DNA of 64,000 nucleotides from Candidatus Omnitrophota bacterium (GTDB taxonomy: Bacteria; Omnitrophota; Gorgyraeia; Zapsychrales; Zapsychraceae). The stretch lies in NCBI GenBank assembly GCA_029261055.1, contig JAJDCA010000075.1, positions 77,573 to 141,572 of the forward strand, given 5' to 3'. Shown piece by piece: positions 1-12,000 of the stretch; positions within the stretch are counted from its first letter, which is position 1; each line of letters opens with the position of its first letter. The translations under genes were made by a program, and so were the position numbers. Under the pieces are notes generated by a model. That model ran no database searches and was not told where the DNA came from. It was given only the letters and a program-made list of their open reading frames with translations.

Positions 1-2
1 AA

Positions 3-3000
3 TGGATAAATCGAGGGTTTGATAAATTTATAAAAAGGCTGGCCTCAAAAATCAGCAAGGACCAGAGGGATATTCAGGAGCAAGTTATCAAAGGTGCTAT
101 TAGTCGGGCAAGAATCGCGTATCTTGACAATTTTCAAAGTATTGTTTCTTTGAGAAAGGTTCAATACAGTCAAAGACTAGCAGATAATCTGCTTGATGTT
201 TTTTCAGAAGAGATAAATTTGATAACAGCACAGCTTAAAAATTACCGAGAGGTAAGCATATCTTCAGAAGATGCCCTTTATGTAGGATTGTTTGATGACC
301 TTCTTCATCTTTCCGGTGAGTTTATCCAAACAGAGGTATGTACGTGGTGTGATAGGGCTCGGCAGGTTAGGGAGGGAATGCAAGAAGGTATTCATTTTGC
401 TGTTATTGCTTTGAAGGATGCCCAAGGGCGGATATTAGGTTTTTCACAGGTCCAGATAATTAAAACACCCCTAAAGGGGAGTAAAGAAGAAGGTTCCCAG
501 GGGTATCGGGTTCTGTCCCTTACAGGGATAAATCTTTCCGAAAAGGCGATTCCGATCGATAGAAAAAGGGCGGTTTTGGTTATTCTTAAGGCAGCTTGGA
601 GTTTAGCTCAGGCTGCAAACTTACAAAAGGCAGTTGTCATTTATGCGAGTAATCTCCATTCAAATCAAGAAGACGTAAAGAGATATATTAGTGAATTTTC
701 AAGTCAGGGATATCTGAAGAAAGGCAATCTGCTTGAGACGGTAAAGTTGAGTCATAGTCCTTCGTACAGCTATCAGGAGGTGTATGTAATCGACAATCTA
801 CCGGAGATAGGGCTCATTACTACAGATAAAGAAGAAATAACAACGGCCCAAGAGAAGGAAGATTATCTTTTAGAGAGAAAACATTTAGGTTTTTATAATA
901 ACCTTGGCCATATTGTGCACAATGGAGAGTTGTCAGAAGAATATGCAGGGATGCTTAAAGAAGAGATAGAAGGAATATTAAAAACCATGCCGCAGGATAT
1001 TATTGAAGATTTAGGGCTTAATTTTGCCGGTGGAGGGATCAGCTTTAATGTCATTCATGAACCCTCTTTGGATCGCAGCACGATAAGCCGGACTCAGGAG
1101 GAGATTACGCTTTATTTGGGGGTGGATGTGCTCTATGGGGAGGGGAAAATTGAGACCTTAACGTTAAGGGAGCTTTTGGGCGAGGTTATTGCCTCTGTTA
1201 TCCTCGAAGATTATCAGCAATTGAAAGAAGCTTCAAAGACCAATGAAAACGCGTATTTTAAGATGGAATTGATAAAGGTGCTTTTAAATTATCGGGCTTA
1301 TTTGGCACTATATCATAAGTTGATTCAACGGAAAAACTGGACACCAGAAAATTATTTGGATGAAAAGATTGCGCAGGAAAGGAAGACATTATTAGCTGGG
1401 TACAGACAGGATTTGGAGAAATTTACAAAAGGCATGCATGGTGTCGCACAGTGGAATGTTTTTCTGAATATCATGGATGACGCGGATCCGGCATTTATGG
1501 TTATAAATTATGTGCATATCCTATTAAAAAATTCCTCATTAGACGAGAAGGGGATTTATACGATAATGATGAAGGTTAAAAATATGGATGTCTTGGGCAA
1601 ACCCAGCATTGCGCGGTTGAGGAATGTATTAAAGGAATTCTTTTTATCCGGGAAGGTAAGATTAAGAATAGGTCAAAAGGTAATAAACAATGAACGGTTT
1701 GATAATTTTGATGATACAGCTGCATTAACACAGGTCAAAGATACCCTGCTGACAACACAGGATGCCAATATTTTTTATCAATTAATACGAGAGGTTTTAT
1801 CTGGTTTACTACCGCTGGATGAAATCGGACTCAATAGTGAGATAAGCGATTTATTCGAGAAGGATATATTTTCATTGCCGGATAGAGAGGGTGTTTTAAG
1901 AAAGGTAATCCAGGATATTTTTACAAGACGCATAGGCGGAAAGGCTTTTATAGCATTAAAAGCACATCTTGCTGCAAATAGAGGGTTTAAAGAGATTCCT
2001 TATATAGAAGTTTTGAGTCAGGAATTAAATGAGGGAGAGGATGCCGATGATTATGAGTTTTTAAGGTACGTTGGGAATGAGGATGGTTTATACAAGTTGA
2101 TTTCAGATGAAGGTGATATAGTTCAGACACGGGATTGGGTGAGCCAGTTGTTTGTGATGAACCAGGAAAATGATGAGTCAACGCAAGCTTCTCCTCTCAA
2201 AGCTAATCAAGTAATACAAAAAGAGTATGAAGGAACAAGTTTTCTCGCCAAAGTCATAGATGCCGTACGTGGGAAAATTAATATTTTAAAACAAGAGGGA
2301 CAAATATGGGACGTAAAACGTAGTGAGGCATTAAAGATTTTAGCGCCATATATTTCTTACCTTGTTAATGCTCCACCAGATTCCATAGAAAAATTTGATG
2401 AAGTACGCCTCACCGCAAGTTTCAAAGGCACCAAAAATTCCTTCCTCGCTGTAAAATCAGAAAATGGCCGCAACATTCTTTACATTCATCTCTACGCCGT
2501 AGATAAGGTTGCTGATTTAGTTTCAAAACAGGCCGATAAAGATAAAGACTTTTTCCTTCAAGCCTTTGCCGGTCAAATCCGTCATGAACTTGACCGCCAT
2601 ATTAAGGAAGGCCTTGCCGATGGTCCCGAAGCCCAAAATCGTGACCTCGCCGACTTTACCAAACCTCAGCATTTAGACGAACTCACCGCCACGGTGTATG
2701 TATTAGATCACCCAGAAACATTTTATCTTCAAACAAATAAAGAATTTGAAACTGAGCTTAGAAATATTTATGCGATGTACAAGAAAAAAGAATCTACAAA
2801 AAGGCTGTTGCCCGAGGGCGATATAACTTCCCGTGGCGGGTTGAATGCCCTTGTAAAACTTACGCAATATGGGTTTAAGGCAGCAGTCTTTTTCGTTGGT
2901 TTTGTTGTTCATTTGGGAATAGTGACGGGTGTATATTTACTGTTTGTAGCTGGGGGGCGTTTGTTGTTAAAGGTTGTTGATGTATCGTTCCCGATTTGGC

Positions 3001-6000
3001 GAAGAATCTATGTTGAGTTGACACGTATCACAGGAGGATTTAATGATAAATCTGATTCTGAAGGAAATGAGAAGCCAGGCTCAAAGAACAAAACGCTTCC
3101 TAGCTTTGATCTCATGGCGGCAACGTTATTCGGGTATTTGGTAGCAAATCATTTAACAATTATGTTATCAGCTGGCGCGATTGCTGCACTTGTTGCGTTG
3201 AGTTTATTTGGAAAAATAGGAAAACGAACTATAGGTGAAGCAATAATCAATTTAACAAAAAGGTCGTTGCACAAGGGCTATATAATCTCCCGTGGCGGGT
3301 TGAATGCCCCTGTTCGGCTTCTTGGTTGGCTTGTCCGGCATACCGGCAAGGCAGCGGCCTTTTTAAAATATTTTAAAAAGAACTCTTTTTATTTTTTCAA
3401 TGGAATGAGTGTTGAGGGTTCCAAGAGTTTTACGTATGAGCAGCTTATTAATAGTAATAATTTTACTTACTTTAACAAGAGAGGCTTTTGGAAGGTTTCC
3501 AGTTTGGATTTCTTGTTTATTGAGAAGATAGGCATCATTTGGAATAGTTTTTGGGATCTTGGAGGTAATCGCCATAGCAATGACATCCTTATGGGAGGCA
3601 TTAAATTTATCGGAAGAGACAATAAGGGCAGGTCGTTGTTTCATGGTGGAGAAATCAGTGAAAGGAAAAGGAATAAGAATGATATCGCCCTGTTTGTGGC
3701 GATTAGAGGTCATCATAAACCGTATCTTCTGGGTTATTCCAAAAATCAAAGGAATTTTGAGCTGTTTTTAGCAGAAGAAGGTCATCTGTTGAAATTTTCA
3801 ATAAACGGGGAAGATCATGAAGGAGTTGTCTTTGTTTTTCAATTCCAAGATGAGAAATATGTTCTTCAAGCATTTTTAATGTCATCCAAAGTTCCTCCTT
3901 TAAGATTTATCGGGACATTTATTAATCAATTTATCCTTAGTGCTTCAAATATAACATATCTTTTAAGTCAGGGCAAGGCAGCGGCTTTTTATTCAATTTT
4001 AGCTAAAAGAGCAATTTTCTTATCGTCTGCTCCAGAAGGAACCCTACGGGTATCAAATCCTTTTTGGTTAAAAATTTTAATTAGTTCATGGGGAATATTT
4101 TCATCAAAAAGAAATTTCATAGAAGGTGTTGGGTTAGTTGACTTTGGCAAAAGGAACCGATTCACCGGTTCTAACGAGTTTGGTAGCAAAATGAAGCGCA
4201 GCCTGGATATGCTTTTTAGTCAGTTTGGGATAGTAGCGAGTGATGATTTCAGTGACCTCGATGCCGGCCTCAAGGAGTTCCAAAACAAGATAAATCATAA
4301 TGCGGGTTCCTTTAAAGCAAGGCCGGCCGTGGCATATGCGGGGGTTGATATCTATGTATTTACGGTAGTTAATCATGTATTTACTCTCCTTATTAAAAAG
4401 GATAGTCGGTCAAAATTAGTGTTTAACGGCAGTTTTGGAAAGTCTTTCTACAATCCATTTTTGTACAAGCCGGTCGTAAAGGATTCCTTCTTTGGTAGCG
4501 AGACGCCGGAGTTTGGCCATTTGACGAGGCTTAAGGGTAATCAGCAGATGGCTTGGTTTTGGGAATTCGAGATGCACTGGCTTCAATTCATCAAGATATT
4601 GAGTGCTGTCATGAGTATCCCAAAAGGCGGCAGCATCCGCGTCATTCTTAAATTTAGGGATTCTTTTGGTCGACATGTATTACCTCCTTTGAAAAAGTTT
4701 TTGTTCGGATCGGGACATGTTTCTAGCCGTAATAATATAGGCCAATCCTTTAGATTCATAGCGAGCCACCATAAACAAGTATCGTCCGGCGTACGATTGT
4801 CCGTAAATAAGATAAAGTCCATCTTTAGATTTCTTAAACAATGGTCGTCGGTAACAGGCTTCTTCCACTTCTTGAGTGTTCACTCCATGTCGCGCAATAT
4901 GGTTAATGTTCCAAGCATCCCATTCAAATTCAGTTATTCGCATCAATTTTCCTCTTTGTTAAAAAGGGTAGCATATGGAAGTAATGGTGTCAAGCTGCCG
5001 CAGGAGGAAAATCGACTAAAAAATAGTAATTCGCAATCAGGATGGTTTTTGAAAGCGGCCTTTTTTAGAGTTTTGAAAACGATAATATGGCCTACGCAAC
5101 AGCGTGTTGTATTTTTAGGGAAAGTAGCCGGTTTAACGTTAGGCCTTCTTCTGACGGTTATTGCGCCTGTTTTTGCTGGTGCTGGTGAGGTTTTTGTTGG
5201 CGGGTCTCCGGTTTGGATTGCGTTGGGAGGAATCATTGGTATAGGGATAGTATTAAACCTTTATAGGCGTGGGGGCAAAAAACAAGCAGAGGAGTTAGGG
5301 AAACAGGCAGGTACGATAAGGGAGGAAGGCAAAAAGACGGTATTACAGGTGATTAGCTCTTTTGCGATTGGTGGGGTGTCGCAGATGACTTCAAGTCTTT
5401 TATCAGATATAGAGAAAAATAGATTTACGGCAATAGTTTTATCCAGACATGTAGAAGGAGAGCGCGATAAAGAAATTGATCATCTTAGAAACAATGGTGT
5501 GAATTTTATTTTTGAGAAAAAGCAAAATTCATTTTTTAATAGTTTAGTCGATAAATCTATTATTCAACGAATAATATTCACGTTTATGTACATAAATAGG
5601 ACTATGTATAAGCCGTTCATTGGGTACTATTTATTTAAAACAATACAACCAGATGTGGTGCATTTTCATTCATCAAAGGGCTTAAGGCATTTTCCTATTA
5701 AATTTATTGCAAAGTTTATAATCAATGGCCCTAGAATTTTAACGACATATCATGATTCTGCATATGGTAGGAAGAAATTAATAAAGAAATATGGGCTGAT
5801 TTTAGGAGGTGTGATAAGCATTGCAAATTATTTTGATATGCGATTTATGAATGATGCGATTGTTGCGGTGACAAAAGCCCAAAATGTTGGTAGCGGCTCT
5901 AAAGTTCAGGTGATTGAAAACGGGGTTAATTTCGACTCGGTTCAAGAAGCCACACAGGATTTCAAACAGACCAGGTTTAAGGAATTAGCGAATACATTAA

Positions 6001-9000
6001 AAAATAATTTTGTCTTAGTAAATATTGGCGGGTTACATTCAGATAAAGGGCAAAAATATTTAATAACAGCTATGCAGACAATTATTAAGAAAATATCTAA
6101 CGTGAAGCTTCTTATTATTGGTGAAGGTCAAGAATATCAATCTTTAGAAAATCAAATAAAAGAGTTGAATCTTCAAGAGAGTATTGTTCTTTATGGAGCA
6201 GTAGATAATCAAGATGTTTCAAAAATTCTTTCTTTTGCAGATATTTTTGTTTTTCCATCAGTGTTTGAAGGGCTTCCTTTAGCCCCGTTAGAAGCCATGG
6301 CTATGGCAAAGCCTGTTGTGGCGAGTCGTGTAGGGGGGATCCCTGAGACTTTAGGTGAAGATGAAAGTGCAGGGTTATTAGTTCCTGCCAAGGATCCGAA
6401 AGCGTTGGCGGAGGCCATTATTCGGTTACATAACGATAAAGAATTATCTAAAAAAATGGGTGAGGCTGGACGAAATATAGTTCTTGAAAAATATACCGCT
6501 AAAACCATGGCCAAAGAATACATGGCCTTGTATGACCGCCTTCTTCTCGAAGCCAAGCCATTTCGTGTTTTGCGTTTGATTATGGATATTTTTCAGCATA
6601 TTTTATCTAGAACTCGAACTTTCTTTTTCCCAAAAAATTTTGATTACCATTTTGTTTTGAATCTAGGTTGGCAGGCCTGGTCTAAATTATTCAGCCTGCC
6701 AAGGTATATTCGTATACCTGTATTTATTTTCATTATTAGTGCTTGGTATATTTTTGGATTTCCTAGTATTGCGTTTGCTGATGGTGTTTTCTTTAGTGAG
6801 ACAATTTTTAGTTTAGACGTATTTGACTGGTTGTCGATTGTTTTGGGTGGGGGAATATTTATTTTTGTTGGGAAGACTTTTGGCATGTTTAATGACGGGG
6901 AGGAGGATAACGTTAAATATATTCCTGGCAAAACACAAGATGACGAGACTAAAAGACATGTCATGAATATTTATGATTCACCACCGAAGGGTGAGGAATA
7001 TCAGCTTTCTGCCAAAGAGGCGTATGACCAGATGGAAGCATTATTTGAAGAATACCAAAGTAGAATTGACAACTGGGAATATATCACCAATGGGGTGTCT
7101 GAAAAAGATTTTGCGCTTATTACGTATGCGGATTCCGTAACAAATAAGAATCAACCTAATGAAAAAGCTCTTAAAAATACATATAAACTTTTTAGAGGGA
7201 TTAAAAAAAGTAATGGGGGAATTAAAAAAACTAATAAGGGGAGATTTCCATTTACGATTTGGCAGCCAATATCCTTATTTCCTTCCAGTACAGATCGTGG
7301 TTATGGTGTGATTGACCATAAGGTTGTGGATCCTCGATGGGGAGACTGGGAGATGGTGGAGAAAATAGTCAAAGAATTCAATCTTAAATTGCAATTAGAC
7401 TATGTCATGAACCATATTTCTGATCAGAGTGAATTATTTACGGAATTTTTAAACGGGAATGAATTGTATAAACATTTCTTTACGTATTACAGGGCGACAT
7501 ATATTCAGGAAGAAATTGATGGGGAAATTGTTTATATGCGTAATGACGGAAGCCGGAGCCGGTTTGTTAATGGCGATGAAGGGGATCGTATTACGATAGA
7601 TATGTATAACGACCCAGAACAAAATATTCTCTTTGATCAATGGGATAACCGCGTGGATCGAAAGGATTTTGATCTCATAACCCGTCCACGAACTTCTGAT
7701 TTATTAACGGAAAAGACGCGGATAACGACAAGAGAAGATGGAACAACAGCAGCTATAAAAGTTATGGTCTGGACCACCTTTAGTCCTCACCAAATAGATT
7801 TAAACTGGCATAACCCTGCTGTTTTGGTTTTTATGACGGATGTATTTTTAAATCTTATAAGCCATGGGACAAAAATTGTCCGTTTAGATGCCGCCCCCTA
7901 TATATGGAAAGAATTGGGGACAAACAGCGCTCATCAAAAGAATGCCCATAAATTGGTAAAACTTTTCCGTTCAATGGCTGAAAAGGTTGCCCCTACTGTC
8001 AAGCTTCTTCCTGAAATTAACGCATCAATTGAAGATGCCAAGAAATATTATGGCGATGAGAGACATCAAGATGAAGGTCATATTTTATATGATTTTGGTT
8101 TCTTTCTCGAAATGGTATCGGCGCTCCAAAAAGGGGACGCCAAAGAACTTAGAAAATATCTTCAAATGCATCCCCATGTAAAGGAATATTATTGGTACGG
8201 TTTGCTTAAAGGGCATGATGGGGGGCCATTGTTAGCGGCTCAGAATATTTTGGATCCAGAACGATACTGGGATGTGATCACTTCATTTAAAGAGCACAGC
8301 GAAGATATGTATGGTAGGGAATTAATTATGTATCGCAAAGTTAAAAATTTAATGGATTCGCTTAAAGAGGATAATAACAGCTTAAGCACACATCTTAAAA
8401 ATATTCTTGGAAAAGAAAAGGTGGATGCCACGATTGATTTTGCTTTAAGCCTTTTAAAAGATAAAAAAGAGCGGCCGTGGGAATTTTATAAGAAGCTTAT
8501 AAGCTCTGAAGAAGTTCCATACGAATTAAATTCGACGGTGTGGAGCCTGTTGTCTTCTTATAGAAAAAAGGGAGAGAATATGTCCACGACAGCAGCTCGA
8601 TATTTTGCTGCATATGATCCAATATTCACCGAAGGCGTTATTCCTGCGATAGAAATTACGGACTTTTTTGGAATGGTGAATATGACTGCAGAGTACAAGG
8701 CGGTGGTTACCCTGGATCAATTTAAAAAAGCAAGTCTTTCCGAAGAGGATTTTAACATACTGAAAGAAATGGAGTGGTTTAAATTAGAAAAAGGAAGTCA
8801 AACAGAAGGATCCTTTAGAAAAGAATTGAAAAATATCAGAAATGATATCGAAAAAATGTTTTCAGATAATATAAAACGTAAATACGTCATCGAGGTTTTA
8901 GAGGCCGCTTTAGAAGAAAGATCATTACGTAGTGTTCACCGTTTTCATATAGAATTATCTGATGCTATAAGAAGAATGAATGATGAATCGCCAAAGGGGC

Positions 9001-12000
9001 GGGTACAGCCATTATTGAGGCTGGCTAATTATAGTAGCGAACATAAAGCTCTTCATCCGGATGGTGAGGAAGCGGTGATTGAATTAGCTAATAAAGAAGT
9101 TTTTGCCTTGGCGCGTAAACATGATGGGGAGGCTATCATAAGTTTACTGAATGTTTCGGGAAAGGCCCTTGACCTGGAAATACCGATTGCACAATTTTTA
9201 GCTAATGACAAAATTAAGTCCGGACCACTATTTACACGTGGCGATGAGTTAAAGATGTCGGATCTTATTCGAGAGGAAGAAAAACATATTTCATTAGATG
9301 GGAATATTGAAGTAATACGTATTCATATGGAACCGTATCAAGCTCTTAAAATTGAGACAACTGTCAAGGAAGATGAAATTGAGGATGATAAGGGGGCGCA
9401 AAGAGTAATAAAACTTTTTCAAGAAGGGTTGGCGCGCGCCGCGGTGGGTATCGGTATTATTTTTACAACCAGTTTGTTCGGGTTAAGCGATATAGCTACT
9501 TTTTTCTCATTTTTTATAGGCACAGTATTTTTAACATGGCCGTTGCTGCACCTCGACGTCCTTCCCGTGGTGGGTCGATCGCAGACTCGGGTTCCCCAAT
9601 CCAATGTAGCAGCAGCTTTTAATGTTGAGCCATTTCAGGGCGAAGATAAAAAATCATCGAAGGAAATTATGGATGTCGCAACAATTGAGTTTGAAGAATC
9701 TATGGATGCGTTGGGTAAAGAAAATAATCTTCGTACTTTGGAAGAGGGCGTAAGCGTGGCGTCCTCTTTGGGAGACGGTGCAAGAATGTCGAGAATACAC
9801 ACAAGAAGAAAAATGCCAACGCCAGCGCAAAGAGATAAATCGTTTTCTTCTGTTAATCTCGCTTTAGCACATATTTTTGAGGAAGATATTTATTTAGATA
9901 AGATTTGGAAAAGTGTATTAATGGTTTTTGGTGTGATTCCAGCACATGAATATGGGCATCGTATTCCAGGAAGCCGATGGTTTGAGGAAGGGCCTTTGAT
10001 GGATAAAATTTTTACAGGCACGATGAATTTGACGCGCGGATCGCCGCTTTCTGTATTCTTTTGGGGACCGATGATGAATTTAGTGGTCGGTCTCGGAATT
10101 GTCCTTTCCGTTGCATTGATCGGATTCGGTAGCATCTTCACTCCTCTTGCCCTCTTCGCCGGCACACTTCATTTAGCTGCTTTTATTTACGAGTTTGTTT
10201 CTCCGCAAGGAGATTTTCAAAAATTATATCAAGGGCTGTCGCACCGTAACGTTACCTCCCGTGGCGGGTCGGTCGTTTCGGTTGTAGTAGCGGCAGCCCT
10301 TAATTATATAAAAAATTTAGCCGCTGTTGCATCTCGTCGTCCTTCCAGAGGTGGGTCGATCGCAGACTCGGGTTCCCCAATCCATGCAGCAGCGGCTAAA
10401 TTAGCTAAATTTATTTTAAAGTTTTTAAAAAGGTCGCCGTTTATAACTACAGCGTTCCGCTTCCCGTGGCGGGTCGGTTTCGCTGTTCTAAGCGGCATCC
10501 TAGCGGCGACCTTTTTATTCTATTTTCCTGACGTAACATTTGACTCGAGCAGTCACTGGGAATTCCTCCTCTTTAGTTACGCGGCTCTGAGCAATTCTAA
10601 AGATTCTCAAAATGATGAAACGCAAATAACACAAGGAGGTATACCCGTGAAGGTTGGTGACTTTATGTCGGTTGATCTTTTGTTTGGTAAAGAAGCAAAA
10701 AATATAGTGTTCATGAGCATGGAAAACGTCCGAGAGAGAAAAAGTACTGTTGTGATATTAAAGAATAGATCGACGGGTAAAAGATTAAAAGTAAAGTTTG
10801 TAGCAATAAAATCGGAGGGTACAGAAGGTCTTTTAGTCAAATTTCGAAATCCGCAACGATCGCAAGAAGACTCATCCGTTTATAAAATTTATAAGGATAA
10901 GGATAAAAAAAATAAAATAGTGTTGGCGGATAAAAATGGAATACACATCAGAAATTTAAAGAATTTAAGAGGACGTATAAAACTTAACCTTAGCGAGGTT
11001 GCTAAACCCCAGAGGAGTTCTTTGCTTAGAAATTTCTTTTCTGAAACGGAACAAGCATCTCATGCGCTTGCTGTGGAGGGGGACAGGGTAATTAGACCAT
11101 ATTTAGAGAAAATAGGATTTTCAGAGGAAGAAATTATTGAGCTCGACCCTACAGAATATTTTTTAAGAATTGTTAAGAAATATAGAAAGAAGTTTGGAGA
11201 AGATCAAGAAGGTGTTATGGATGAAGAGTTTGTTATTGCAGAAAGGGTCAACGGAAAATTCCAATGGCGCCTTAGAGGGGGTGAAGAGGCCTTTAGGGAA
11301 ATGGCACAAGTAAATTTACACTTACTAAAGGAAGAAATCGCTTATCTTCTTATGCAGATTAAAGTTCATGAAGCGGGGGAAGATGAAGAAGAAGGCATGG
11401 ATAATCAAATAAAAACTATTGTATGGGTAAGAAATAATATACGGCCTGAGAAGGACATTCCGACGGCTCTTGATATTCCGCAAAGTCTCAACCTTAATCG
11501 CACAGCTAAGGCGGCCCTGGTAGAGTACCTAAAAATTTTAAATAAATCAAGAAGAGTGAATCCTGTCGGGGAACGGATTAAAGACGCAAAAGGTACTTTG
11601 GCCATTTTGGAAGATAAATTGAGTGGGTTGGAACGAAATAATCCCAAAAAGCTTTTGAAGGATGTCAGGCGTATGAAAATATTGGCAAGCAAACTCATTA
11701 ATTCCATGCGGTTAAGAAGGGACATAGGCCCTGGATATTCTTATACATTAAGAACGCTTAATAAACGCGTTACACGGTTAGCCGTCGACACATTAGACGC
11801 CATATTAATAGCGGTTGATACCTCTGAAGCCGATAAAAAAACTACACGTAAACTATTATTAACGGCTAAAAGATTTAAAGACATTATTGAATATAGTATT
11901 GCCTACGACGACATTATTAATAATCGGGAAATTATTGATACAGTTAAAGGATACCGGATACCTTATATTTCATTGAATTACAAGGGAAGCGTGATCAGAT

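Larger units (their letters stand above)
2827..3990. repeat. GC-rich short repeat units: core CTYCCCGTGGCGGGTTGAATGCCC at 2827-2850 and 3286-3310; tail GGCAAGGCAGCGGCY(TTTTT) at 2877-2895 (variant), 3345-3365 and 3971-3990
   Basis: Near-identical nucleotide strings. The tail copies abut the stop codons of mazF (3363) and the DUF5615 gene (3989) on the minus strand. The cores sit in TM-encoding stretches of the + frame. Confidence 0.6.

Noticed and set aside
150-152. TTG at 150 as the true start codon of the giant gene
   Set aside because: The frame is open upstream to nt 3 with protein-like composition and no SD-like sequence precedes 150. The track start simply reflects the first allowed initiator.
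3363-4946. Alternative genetic code as explanation for the open antisense frame over the TA island
   Set aside because: The frame is open under the standard code already; stop-reassigning codes would only lengthen ORFs further. The TA genes on the minus strand are also intact under the standard code.
4943-5236. Minus-strand ORF of 97 aa adjacent to brnT
   Set aside because: The translation is low-complexity (P/T/K-rich) with no recognisable family signature, and it has no partner gene. It is most likely a chance antisense ORF within the giant gene.
10560-11000. Possible PilZ-like c-di-GMP binding segment downstream of the repeat cluster
   Set aside because: I could not find the RxxxR and DxSxGG motifs, so there is only a vague resemblance.
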